A DNA stretch of 33,771 bases from Bacteroidota bacterium (GTDB taxonomy: Bacteria; Bacteroidota; Bacteroidia; Bacteroidales; JADFUO01): assembly GCA_030610255.1 (NCBI GenBank), contig JAUWSB010000003.1, positions 1 through 33,771 on the forward strand. The letters are read 5' to 3'. Numbering within the stretch: the stretch's first letter is position 1; each line of letters starts with the position of its first letter. The notes beneath the pieces were generated by a model. That model searched no databases, was not told the DNA's origin, and worked only from the letters and a program-made list of their open reading frames with translations. Shown piece after piece: positions 8,836 to 18,056 of this stretch. Position numbers and translations under genes: made by a program.

Positions 8836-9564
8836 ATGAAATTTAAACATGTTCTAACAGCAGCCCTATTAATTATTCTGAGCCTGACTTTCTCATTTAA
8901 TACAAGGTCGCAGATATTAATTTCTATATTATTGGGAGATAAGCTGAATACAGGTGAAATTGAATTCGGATTAACCGGGGGATTTAACAGAACAAATATC
9001 ATTGGATTGGATGAAGCCAAAGGACTGAATAACTTCAATCTGGGATTTTATTTTGATTTTCTATTAAAAAAGAACTGGTATTTATATACAGGTGTGCTGG
9101 TAAAGTCGAATATGGGGTCATCCAATATACCTGTTTATTCACTCGGAGATGCCAACCTTGATACTTTAATGCAAGGAGGAAGGGTAGATAGAAAGATTAA
9201 TTATTTTAATGTTCCCCTCGAAATAAAACACAGGTTTAAAAACCGGATATATGTTGATGCCGGATTTATGTTTTCCCTCAGGTATAAAGCAACAGATTTA
9301 TTTATCAATGAAATAAAAGATAAGGATGATCTGGTTTATAAGCTTGATATCAGAGACCAATACAAAAGGCTTGATGCTGGTGTTATTGCCGGTTTAGGAT
9401 ATAAACTGAAAAAAGGACTCGGAATGAATATTGGTATCCGTTACTACTATGGACTTGTGGATATTATTAAAGATGGAAATTCCAAGGGAGTGAACAGTTC
9501 TTTATACCTTTATGCAGAAATACCTATCGGTGCAGGCAAGAGTAAGAATAGAAGTAATGAGTGA
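8836..9564 (+). CDS. Porin family / PorT-like small outer-membrane beta-barrel protein
   Basis: Signal peptide; EFGLTGGFN, INYFNVPLEI, DAGVIAGLGY, IGIRYYYGLVDI, typical of the Bacteroidetes OMP_b-brl_2 family. Confidence 0.75.
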   Translation: MKFKHVLTAALLIILSLTFSFNTRSQILISILLGDKLNTGEIEFGLTGGFNRTNIIGLDEAKGLNNFNLGFYFDFLLKKNWYLYTGVLVKSNMGSSNIPVYSLGDANLDTLMQGGRVDRKINYFNVPLEIKHRFKNRIYVDAGFMFSLRYKATDLFINEIKDKDDLVYKLDIRDQYKRLDAGVIAGLGYKLKKGLGMNIGIRYYYGLVDIIKDGNSKGVNSSLYLYAEIPIGAGKSKNRSNE

Positions 9565-9602
9565 TGTAAAGATCATCGTTGTGGTCATTGGTTATTAGGA
9601 AT

Positions 9603-9706
9603 TAGTAGGCAGTAAGGAGTAAGGAGTAATAAAAGTAAGCAGTAATAAAAGTAAGCAGTAAGTAGGCAGTAATCCTCTATACCAGCATCCAATATCAAGC
9701 ATCCAG
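9603..9706. repeat. Heptamer-type arrays (AGTAAGG/AGTAAGC and CCAGCAT) between convergent genes
   Basis: gcagtaaggagtaaggagtaataaaagtaagcagtaataaaagtaagcagtaagtaggcagtaa followed by ccagcatccaatatcaagcatccagc. Confidence 0.7.
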
Positions 9707-10756
9707 CTATTTCCCAAACCTGTATCCGACAAAAAAGCTTAACTTCCCATGTCCGATTTGCATACTTAGTTTTTTATCAATGCGGGCAGAAAATGTATCT
9801 CTTAAAAACAGGAAACCTGTAAAAATTCTTCTGCCGTTATAGCCGATAGCTCCAATGGTTTTAACTTTAAAAGAGATATTGGATGTTAAAGTGTTTCTCG
9901 ATATTGTTAAATAGTCACCGGCTATATAGCTTATTGCAGGTATCAACCCTGCTGAAAGGAAAAAATGTTCCCTGTAAACCAGACTGTACATATATCCAAG
10001 GTTTAATCCCAGGCTGAGGACATTAAAATCTCTGAGATAAAGCTTTTTGTCGAATTGGTCCATTACCTCAGGTGGCACAACGGAAGAGTCAGCATCCATG
10101 ATGAAGAATGAAAAGCTTGCCCCAATGATCATACTTCCGGCACTTTTGCGCTGGATCTCATTAAATACAAAGGGTGCTTTAAGGGAGAATCTGCCATAGT
10201 TGTAAGCATACAGGTATTGTAAGCCTAAATGGATGGTCCGGATATCCTCCCGTATTTTTGATATTTCCTGTATGTCGGTATTAAGCCCGGAGGTATGATC
10301 CATCTGATAGCCGTAATAATATTGTAGTGTCCCTTCTATATATTGTTTACTACTGAATATCCTGCACTGGAAATCAAAAGCCTTACTGTCAGTAAATTTT
10401 TTATCTTCACGGAGTCCAACGTTAAAGGTGATGTCAAGCGCCAACCATTTGTATGAAAATCCTAAACCGAAATTAATACCTAGTTCCGGGCGGTACCTGA
10501 GGTTGGTGCTTTGCTTCCGGTCCCTGATACTGAAATAATTGGATTTACTTACAGCAACAATCTTCAGTGCAAATCTATCTCCATGATTTTTAATATAATT
10601 TGTATCATGATTGCGAAACAATAAATAATTCCCCAATTTTTCAATCTTCTCGATTAGCGTATCGGGCTGGATATTCTGGGCTGTAAGGGTGCAATTCTTG
10701 AAATTGCCAAAGCATATAAGAATGAGCAGTACTAATATTTTAATTATTGGTCTCAT
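9707..10756 (-). CDS. DUF4421-family putative outer-membrane beta-barrel protein
   Basis: Signal peptide; HDTNYI, GLGFSYKWL, QYYYGY, FSLKAPF, QRKSAGS, C-terminal FFVGYRF. Confidence 0.75.
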   Translation of the reverse strand: MRPIIKILVLLILICFGNFKNCTLTAQNIQPDTLIEKIEKLGNYLLFRNHDTNYIKNHGDRFALKIVAVSKSNYFSIRDRKQSTNLRYRPELGINFGLGFSYKWLALDITFNVGLREDKKFTDSKAFDFQCRIFSSKQYIEGTLQYYYGYQMDHTSGLNTDIQEISKIREDIRTIHLGLQYLYAYNYGRFSLKAPFVFNEIQRKSAGSMIIGASFSFFIMDADSSVVPPEVMDQFDKKLYLRDFNVLSLGLNLGYMYSLVYREHFFLSAGLIPAISYIAGDYLTISRNTLTSNISFKVKTIGAIGYNGRRIFTGFLFLRDTFSARIDKKLSMQIGHGKLSFFVGYRFGK

Positions 10757-10859
10757 TAGTTAAAAACATATAAATTTTAAAGATCAGGTACTTCACAAAC
10801 CTGTGATAAAATTAATTCAATTTATAAAATATTCTTCTTCTTGATCAAAAATTTTATAT

Positions 10860-13157
10860 TTATCTCATCAGTTGTATCTTTTTTATATCTTCATTATCAG
10901 GGAACTTAACGGTCATTGTTTTAATTAATTTACCGGCTTTTTCTATATAATTATTTTTAATATAAAAGTTAAGAAGGATAGAGTAATTAGTAATGTTCAA
11001 ATTATCTTTATCAATAGCTTTTTTTAAGTATTTTTCAGCATTATCTTTATCTCCAAAAAAATCGTAAAGCATTGCAATATTGTAATCTACCCTTGAATTG
11101 TCAGGCATTTGTTCGCTTGCTCTAATCAAATATTCAAGTGATTTTTTATACTTTTTGTTCTCCGATAATATTAAGCCGTAATTATATAATGAAACAGCAT
11201 CGTCTGGATTTTCTACAATATATTTTTCCAATATTTTCTCAGCTTTTAACGGTTGTCCCATGGCACTATACAAATGAGCCAGATTGATTTTAGCAACAAT
11301 CAATTCATTGTCTTGCTTTATGGCTTTTAAATAATATTTTTCAGCTTTTTCATAGTCTTTTTGCTTATAATAAAAGTTGCCAAGATTATATTTTTCGGTA
11401 GGAAAATCAGAGTTATATTGCAGCATGGCAACATATTCATCAAGCGCTTTTTGATAGGCAGCTTTGTATCTCTGAGGAATTTGTCCGGAACTCAAATTAG
11501 AGAGTTTGTAAGCAGTTTCAATTCTTACTGCTTTTGTTTCATCATAAAGCAGCAATAGTAATTTATCAAAAACTTTTTGTGAATTAATGTCTAATCTTCT
11601 AATTGCAGAAATTCTGATAGAAGGTTCTATGTTTTGTAAAGATTGGTTTATTACTTCATCGTTATTCGATTCAAATCCGGTGTTTAAATAATTAATTGCT
11701 GCACTTCTGATACTTGTAGGATATAACTCGTCTTTAATTATTCTTTTTAATCTGTGATCTGCATTTTTGTCTACATTATTAGCTGCTGAGAATGCTTCTC
11801 CAAATTGATATGGACGACTTGTTCCAAACCATTTTTCAATGTATGATTGTGCCCACTGATTGCTTGAATCTTTGTGGCATTGAATACAAGCATTAGGAGT
11901 TCCGTTTTTGATTGACAAGTCCGGCCGGGGTATTCTAAAACTGTGGTCTCTCCGATAATCAACTCCCATATAATTTTGTCCGTGCATGTGGCAATTGATA
12001 CATAGTGTTCCCGAACCAACTTCAAATTTAATACCTGCATCAGAAATTACAGCTTCACCGCTTTCACCAAAACCTTTATGAAATGTATGTGATTTTGTAT
12101 CGTAATCATCTGCCTTATGGCATTGTAAACAAAGTGCATTATCCTCAAAAAGAAGTTTTCCGGAATGTACGTTATGACAATCGTTACATTTAACATCGTT
12201 CATAAACATTCTGCTATGCGTAAACGATCCATAAACATAATCTTCGTTTTTTATTTGACCATCGATATAATAATTAGGTTCAATGGGCAATAAAGGAATC
12301 ATATGGTTATAAATATTTTTGGTATACGGATTAAAGTCACTCAAAGTGTTTCGTCGGGAATGGCAACGAGCACAATTATCAACATATTGCTTATTGTCTA
12401 TTCCGCTTGTTTGAATAACCAAACCCGTATTCTTGATGTCTTTACGAGCATATTCAGGTAAATCTGCCCAAGCCAAATGCTCTGATGCAGGTCCATGACA
12501 AGCCTCGCAGCTAACATTAATTTCAAACCAGGTAGTATGGTATGTGTCAGTGTGAGGATCATATCCTTTTTTCAAATTTGTTGAATGACAATCGGCACAC
12601 ATTGAATTCCAGTTTTGAGCCTGATTAGTCCAATGCAACCAGTTGGTGTGGTCAACATCTTCGTCCCGATAAACAGCATCCGGCATATAATACCAATTCT
12701 TTTCAATAGTGTTCCATGTTAAAGCTAAGGTTTGTAATCGTCCGCCTTCAAATTCTACTAAATATTGTTGTAGCGGTGAATATCCAAAGACATATTTCAC
12801 CTCGTATTCATGCATTTTACCGTCTTCGCCATCGGTATAAACGAAAAATTTATTGCCTTTTTTGTAGAATTTATGTGTTTGATTATTTCTTATTAAAGTT
12901 GCATTGTTAAAATCACCTAATACAGTGCTGTCGGTAGCATAATCCATAGCTAAATCATGGTCAGAACCTTTCCAATCGTTATATTCGGCCTCATGGCATT
13001 CTATACAAGTATTTCGTCCAACATATTCGGGAGTTTTTTCCGTAATATTGGTTTTGTCCGTAAAATATGCTTGTTTTATAATATAAGCCGGCAATAATAG
13101 CAATATTATAACTGTAATAATGACTCTTACAGTATTGTATTTTTTTTGATCTATCAT
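10860..13157 (-). CDS. Membrane-anchored octaheme cytochrome c with C-terminal HEAT-like and TPR repeats
   Basis: 8 CxxCH motifs (CIECH, CADCH, CEACH, CARCH, CNDCH, CLQCH, CINCH, CIQCH); WKGSDHDLAM, PLQQYL, DYVYGSF, RRDHSFRIPRPDLS; TPR units such as YNLGNFYYKQKDYEKAEKYYLKAI. Confidence 0.9.
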   Translation of the reverse strand: MIDQKKYNTVRVIITVIILLLLPAYIIKQAYFTDKTNITEKTPEYVGRNTCIECHEAEYNDWKGSDHDLAMDYATDSTVLGDFNNATLIRNNQTHKFYKKGNKFFVYTDGEDGKMHEYEVKYVFGYSPLQQYLVEFEGGRLQTLALTWNTIEKNWYYMPDAVYRDEDVDHTNWLHWTNQAQNWNSMCADCHSTNLKKGYDPHTDTYHTTWFEINVSCEACHGPASEHLAWADLPEYARKDIKNTGLVIQTSGIDNKQYVDNCARCHSRRNTLSDFNPYTKNIYNHMIPLLPIEPNYYIDGQIKNEDYVYGSFTHSRMFMNDVKCNDCHNVHSGKLLFEDNALCLQCHKADDYDTKSHTFHKGFGESGEAVISDAGIKFEVGSGTLCINCHMHGQNYMGVDYRRDHSFRIPRPDLSIKNGTPNACIQCHKDSSNQWAQSYIEKWFGTSRPYQFGEAFSAANNVDKNADHRLKRIIKDELYPTSIRSAAINYLNTGFESNNDEVINQSLQNIEPSIRISAIRRLDINSQKVFDKLLLLLYDETKAVRIETAYKLSNLSSGQIPQRYKAAYQKALDEYVAMLQYNSDFPTEKYNLGNFYYKQKDYEKAEKYYLKAIKQDNELIVAKINLAHLYSAMGQPLKAEKILEKYIVENPDDAVSLYNYGLILSENKKYKKSLEYLIRASEQMPDNSRVDYNIAMLYDFFGDKDNAEKYLKKAIDKDNLNITNYSILLNFYIKNNYIEKAGKLIKTMTVKFPDNEDIKKIQLMR

Positions 13158-13619
13158 TTAAACATAGGTTAACTGAGATTTATCGAATCCCTTTCTTCTG
13201 ATAGGATTATTGATATCAACTAATATCTCACCGTTTTCAAAAGTAATCGAAAAAATATCTAATGCTCTTGTAGCCGGTGGCGATAAGACTTCGCCATGCT
13301 TATCAAATGTAGATGCGTGACAAGGGCAATCAAAGCCTTTGTCGTTAGCTTGAACTATGCATCCTAAATGAGTACATTTTATTGATATTGCCAGCATCCC
13401 TCCATCATCAAATACCGACAAGTAGAATTTACCGGAATTAAATGGATACATTTTATTTTTTTCAAAAGCATTTATTTTTCCTGCTGAAAATAAATCTTTA
13501 TTTTGCTTTTTTGAAGCTTTGTTTTTAAATACATCAAAAATTAAATAAGCAATTTCTAAGCTTATAACAGTTAGAATAGCTTTTTTTATAAAATTTCGTC
13601 TGTTTATTTTCTTTCTCAT
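13158..13619 (-). CDS. Rieske [2Fe-2S] subunit of a Rieske/cytochrome b complex (QcrA/PetC-like), Tat-exported
   Basis: NRRNFIK Tat motif plus hydrophobic helix; CTHLGC and CPCHASTF boxes; PPATRAL. Confidence 0.9.
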   Translation of the reverse strand: MRKKINRRNFIKKAILTVISLEIAYLIFDVFKNKASKKQNKDLFSAGKINAFEKNKMYPFNSGKFYLSVFDDGGMLAISIKCTHLGCIVQANDKGFDCPCHASTFDKHGEVLSPPATRALDIFSITFENGEILVDINNPIRRKGFDKSQLTYV

Positions 13620-13632
13620 TTTTTTTAAAATC

Positions 13633-13961
13633 GTAACTAATCAGTTTATTAATCAATTCCTATTCCCGATAGCTATCGGGATTGAGTATAGATTTTAAAA
13701 ATGGTATCCATACGGATGCCCTTCGGTTATAGGGGGGAGTTAAAGTGAAAAGGCTAAAGGCTAAAGTAAAAAGGCTAAATCCCTATTTACCTTACAACCG
13801 CAGGGCGTCCGTATGGATTTCCCCTATTTCCCCTATTTCCTCTATTTCGCTTATTTCCCTTATTTCCCCTATTTCCCTATTTCCTTATTTCCCTTATTTC
13901 CCGATTTCCCATATTCCCCAGTTAAGATATTTTCATCGTTAATTTAATACTAATTAGTTAC
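13633..13961. mobile_element. Composite non-coding (MITE/REP-like) element between cytochrome b and Rieske genes
   Basis: Ends GTAACTAATCAGT / ACTAATTAGTTAC (12/13 inverted match); contains 18-bp palindrome TCCCGATAGCTATCGGGA (13664-13681), a 29-bp imperfect inverted repeat pair (13706-13734 / 13790-13818), AAAGGCT repeats and about 12 ATTTCCCCT-like units (13817-13920). Confidence 0.55.
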
Positions 13962-15231
13962 AAAAAGTCAAATTCATAGACTCACCTCTAAACCAAACAC
14001 CAACAATACTCATCATTATATAAGAAGTAAAAATAATAGTCATTATTGCAATGATAATCTCAACTTTATCAGCTTTTAGAATAGCTTTTAAATAAAACAA
14101 GAAGCCCAATGCAGGCACTAAATAAAATAATAAAGGTATAATACCGCTACTTATAAATAAATGAATATTTAGTTGGTTAAATTTAAACCAATATTCGAAA
14201 ATGATGATTAGTGCCGATGTTAAGAGTGTTGAAAAGATAATTGATAAAATAATAATTTCCCCCCCCTTTTGACTGTAAAACCAGGAACCTATTTTTTCTT
14301 TATCAATTTTAATATAGGGAGTGTAAAACAAAAAAGTCATTAAACTTAACGGTATCACAAAAGTTACAAGAATAGGATGTAAATGAATCAATAATTCCTG
14401 AACACCCATAAAATACCATGGTGCTTTACTCGGATTAGGACTTATCAAAGGGTTTGCTTTATCGAGCATAGGTGCATCAAAAAATATTGCAAATAGAATA
14501 ATTAAAGCAATTAAAAATAAGGCAACGATAATTTCTTTTAATATCAAACCGGGATAAACCTTAACCATTTTTTGTTCATTTTTATTGGCAACAGTTACTC
14601 CTTTGGCTTTACGAACCAACCAAAAATGCAAGACCATAAAAAATACAAATAAGATGGGTAATAAAGCTGTATGAAAATTATAAAAATTTAATAGAGTGTT
14701 CTCATTAACTATTTTTCCTCCTCTGATAATGTTAGCTAAATAACTGCCTATTAGCGGAATGTATTCTACAATATTGGTCATTATGGTTACAGCCCAATAA
14801 GATAATTGATCCCATGGCAATAAATATCCGGTAAAATTGAAAAATAATACGAGACCGAATAGAATTAAACCATAGTGCCAATTCTTTTTTCTTTCGTAAA
14901 AAATAGATTGTGAATAGAACACCCTTAATAAATGTAAAAATGCAGTTATTACCATGAGCATTGCACTCCAATGATGAATATTTCTTAAAAGAGAACCAAA
15001 AAGCGTATTATTTTGTAACGATGTGATTGAATCGTAGGCATTTTCAGGTATTGGCACATAGCTAAAACGCAAAAGTAAACCTGTAAAAGCTAAAATTATA
15101 AACAGCAAAGCATTAATACCGCCAAGACCAAATGTTCGAGTGTATTTTAAGGCTTGCTCATTTACGGTTTTTGGGTGTAAATGCAAAAGAAAATTTATGA
15201 ATGAGGAATGTTTGTTTTCTTTAAAACTCAT
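13954..15231 (-). CDS. Cytochrome b of a Rieske/cytb complex (b6-like N-terminal part fused to subunit-IV-like part; QcrB/PetB-like)
   Basis: FGLGGI, TGLLL, heme ligands in RNIHHWSAMLMVITAFLH and FHTALLPILFVFFMVLH, FTGYLLPWDQLSYWA, KAPWYF (PEWY-equivalent). Confidence 0.9.
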   Translation of the reverse strand: MSFKENKHSSFINFLLHLHPKTVNEQALKYTRTFGLGGINALLFIILAFTGLLLRFSYVPIPENAYDSITSLQNNTLFGSLLRNIHHWSAMLMVITAFLHLLRVFYSQSIFYERKKNWHYGLILFGLVLFFNFTGYLLPWDQLSYWAVTIMTNIVEYIPLIGSYLANIIRGGKIVNENTLLNFYNFHTALLPILFVFFMVLHFWLVRKAKGVTVANKNEQKMVKVYPGLILKEIIVALFLIALIILFAIFFDAPMLDKANPLISPNPSKAPWYFMGVQELLIHLHPILVTFVIPLSLMTFLFYTPYIKIDKEKIGSWFYSQKGGEIIILSIIFSTLLTSALIIIFEYWFKFNQLNIHLFISSGIIPLLFYLVPALGFLFYLKAILKADKVEIIIAIMTIIFTSYIMMSIVGVWFRGESMNLTFCN

Positions 15232-15268
15232 TAAAAAATTATTTTAATAGACCTTCCTTGCCGGACAT

Positions 15269-16306
15269 TTATTTTGATTGGTTCTCAAATGGATAAATCA
15301 CTTTCCAATCGTTTTTCATATCAATAACTGCCCATCCTTTCTCTTTAGCTTCATCAAGCCCTTTATCTAACCGGCCGATATGCGACTCCCTGTCGTACGC
15401 CCACTCACGGATGGAGTCGGTATGGTGAACATAAAGCATAAATCTTTTTCCTTCTCCTGAAGCAGTCCATTGCAGCATTTGCAGATCGCCATCGGAATTT
15501 CCTGAAGCGAAAACAGGTTTACGACCAATAAACTTGTTTATACCTAAAGGTTTCCCATCTTTATCATCAATAAAATCAATTTCAGCTAATCTATTAATGA
15601 TTGGGTTTCCATCTTCGTTTACAAATTCTGTCTTAATACTGCTACCCACAACCTGATCACGAGGTATCCCATAAACTTCTTCAACCCAGGGGCGCATAAA
15701 TTCAATGCCACCTCCAGAAACAATATAAACTTTAAAATCATTATCTCTCAAATAATCTAATAGCTCAAGCATTGGTTGATAAACCAAATCGGTATAAGGT
15801 CTATTGAAACGCGGATGTTTTGCCGTTGCAAGCCACTCTTTTACAATCGCTTTAAATTCTTCAGTGGTGTTGCCTGCATGTGATGCCATTACTATTTCTA
15901 ATATACCATGTTCACCATGTTTAGACAGTTCTTTCATATCATTTTCCAAAACGGCCTTAAAGGGTTGTTTGTTTTTCCATTCGGGATGATGTGGTGCTAA
16001 TTCTTTGATCCGATCGATGACAAAGAACAATTGAAAATAAGCGGGTTGCTCACTCCAAAGTGTGCCATCATTATCAAAAGTTGCAATTCGGTCAGCTACA
16101 GGAATAAAATACTCACTGTTTTCATTGGTTACAGCCTCTACAAAATCAATTATGGATGATTTTGTATTTCCATCATTCCACGAAGGAAGCGGGTTGGTTT
16201 CATTGGATAATTCACCAGCATTTTTATCAATGGTTGTTGAACAACCGGCCACAAACAAGAGTAAAAAAACAACTGAAAATAAATTAATAATGTCTAATCG
16301 TTTCAT
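15269..16306 (-). CDS. HAD-superfamily hydrolase lipoprotein (nonspecific acid phosphatase-like)
   Basis: Lipobox VAGC; PLPSWNDG, motif I FDNDGTLW, IVSGGG, GNSDGD, HHTD..REWAYDR. Confidence 0.88.
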   Translation of the reverse strand: MKRLDIINLFSVVFLLLFVAGCSTTIDKNAGELSNETNPLPSWNDGNTKSSIIDFVEAVTNENSEYFIPVADRIATFDNDGTLWSEQPAYFQLFFVIDRIKELAPHHPEWKNKQPFKAVLENDMKELSKHGEHGILEIVMASHAGNTTEEFKAIVKEWLATAKHPRFNRPYTDLVYQPMLELLDYLRDNDFKVYIVSGGGIEFMRPWVEEVYGIPRDQVVGSSIKTEFVNEDGNPIINRLAEIDFIDDKDGKPLGINKFIGRKPVFASGNSDGDLQMLQWTASGEGKRFMLYVHHTDSIREWAYDRESHIGRLDKGLDEAKEKGWAVIDMKNDWKVIYPFENQSK

Positions 16307-16320
16307 AGATTAATATATTT

Positions 16321-16358
16321 AAAAAAAAGCCAGATAGTATTAATTATCTGGCCTTTTT
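16321..16358 (-). terminator. Intrinsic terminator downstream of the arylsulfatase (bidirectional shape)
   Basis: GCCAGATA / TATCTGGC stem (16329-16352) followed by T8 on the minus strand, about 12 bp after the stop codon. Confidence 0.75.
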
Positions 16359-16364
16359 GTTTTG

Positions 16365-17903
16365 TTAATTACTTGTTGGTGAGGATAATTTTTCCAACAC
16401 TTGATCTAAACTAAAACTTGCAGCTTTCATTCTTGGAGGAAATTCTTTGAAAGTCGATAAAAAATCACCTACAATATCTTGCGCTGGTACCAAAAGAAAG
16501 ACATGATCTAACTGCCAATCATAATATTGGTTTGAAGTAATAGTAGCAAATTCATACGGATCTCTTCTTAAATTGAATATTAGAGGTACACGTAAGGGAG
16601 TAAATGGATTAGCCCATACCAACATAGTTCCGGATGCTCTTTGTTCCAAGAAAATCATCTTCCAATCGTCATAACGTAAAGCTGTGAGGTCACCATCATC
16701 AGAGAAATAGAAAATTTCCTGGCGAGGGCCTTTTTCTTCTTCACCGGTAAGGTAGGGCAGAAAGTTATAACCGTCTAAATGAACCTTGAAAGTTTTACCA
16801 TTGATAGTATAACCATCAAGAAGTTTTTCTTTGATTTTGTCATCGCCTGCTGCGGCAAGAAATGTTGGCATCCAGTCCATACCGGATATAATTTCATTCG
16901 AAACAGATCCTGCTTCAATATGCCCCGGCCAACGAACCATAGAAGGAGTCCTCCAGCCGCCTTCCCAGTTAGTGTTTTTCTCTCCGCGGAATGGGTTAAC
17001 ACCAGCATCAGGCCAAGTGTTTTTATGAGGACCATTATCAGTACCGTACTGAACAATGGTATTATCAGCAATCCCCAGTTCATCTAGTAGATCAAGCAAT
17101 TGGCCAACATGCATATCATGTTCAACCATACCGTCGGCATATTCATCTTGCCCTGAAATTCCACTTAGTTCCTCTTTTACATGAGTGCGAAAATGCATCC
17201 TTGTACCATTCCACCAAACAAAGAAAGGCTCACCTGCATCAACAGCATCACGTATAAACTTTTTGGCGGCTTCAATGGTTTCATCATCAACAGTTTCCAT
17301 TCTCTTTTTAGTCAATGGGCCGGTATCCTCAATTTTACCATCAGTATAGGAATGAATTACGCCACGGGGACCATAATTTTTCTTGAAGTTTGGATATTTT
17401 TCAGGATCCGGATAATCGGGTAATTCGGGTTCTTCTTCTGCATTCAGATGGTAAAGGTTACCAAAGAATTCATCAAAACCATGATTTGTAGGGAGGTGTT
17501 CGTCCCTGTCGCCGAGATGGTTTTTTCCGAACTGCCCCGTTCGATAACCTAATGGCTTTAATAACTCGGCAATGGTTGGATCCTCAGCAGTAATACCTTC
17601 TTTTGCTCCGGGTAAACCAACCTTACTTAAACCGGTACGAAAAACACTTTGTCCAAGTATAAACGATGAACGTCCGGCAGTACAACTTTGCTCCGAATAA
17701 TAATCAGTAAAGATCATGCCTTCATTGGCAACACGGTCGATGTTTGGTGTTTCATAGCCCACCAAACCCATAGTGTATGCACTAACGTTTGATTGACCGA
17801 TGTCGTCACCCCAGATAACCAGGATGTTTGGTTTTTCGTCTTGCTGTGCCTGCATAAGTAATGGTATAGCAAAAATCAACATTAAAAATGATAGTTTTCT
17901 CAT
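16365..17903 (-). CDS. Secreted arylsulfatase-family protein (formylglycine-dependent, Cys type)
   Basis: Signal peptide; KPNILVIWGDDIG, SCTAGRS (CxAxR), FGKNHLG, HGFDEFFG, TDNG, GEKNTNWEGG. Confidence 0.93.
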   Translation of the reverse strand: MRKLSFLMLIFAIPLLMQAQQDEKPNILVIWGDDIGQSNVSAYTMGLVGYETPNIDRVANEGMIFTDYYSEQSCTAGRSSFILGQSVFRTGLSKVGLPGAKEGITAEDPTIAELLKPLGYRTGQFGKNHLGDRDEHLPTNHGFDEFFGNLYHLNAEEEPELPDYPDPEKYPNFKKNYGPRGVIHSYTDGKIEDTGPLTKKRMETVDDETIEAAKKFIRDAVDAGEPFFVWWNGTRMHFRTHVKEELSGISGQDEYADGMVEHDMHVGQLLDLLDELGIADNTIVQYGTDNGPHKNTWPDAGVNPFRGEKNTNWEGGWRTPSMVRWPGHIEAGSVSNEIISGMDWMPTFLAAAGDDKIKEKLLDGYTINGKTFKVHLDGYNFLPYLTGEEEKGPRQEIFYFSDDGDLTALRYDDWKMIFLEQRASGTMLVWANPFTPLRVPLIFNLRRDPYEFATITSNQYYDWQLDHVFLLVPAQDIVGDFLSTFKEFPPRMKAASFSLDQVLEKLSSPTSN

Positions 17904-18056
17904 AATAAATAATTTAAATTAATAATAATATTTGTTACTTTGGCATTATATGTTCTTCTGGTTAAAAACAAACTTTCTCAAAAACAGTTTATAAAAAATT
18001 TTCCTTATTATCAAATTTGCTGTAAAAGTACAATTTTAAATGATATCAAATAAAAC

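Noticed and set aside
5676-13920. Tandem arrays as possible CRISPR
   Set aside because: Periods are 7-9 bp, with no unique spacers and no cas genes
13745-13942. 65-aa ORF with ISPISP repeats
   Set aside because: It is the translation of the 7-mer and 9-mer arrays, antisense to the operon
10860-15231. Assignment as NrfA/NrfH, HAO or alternative complex III
   Set aside because: No CxxCK motif and no NrfD/ActB/ActC subunits; the HEAT/TPR tail and Rieske/cytb partners do not fit those systems
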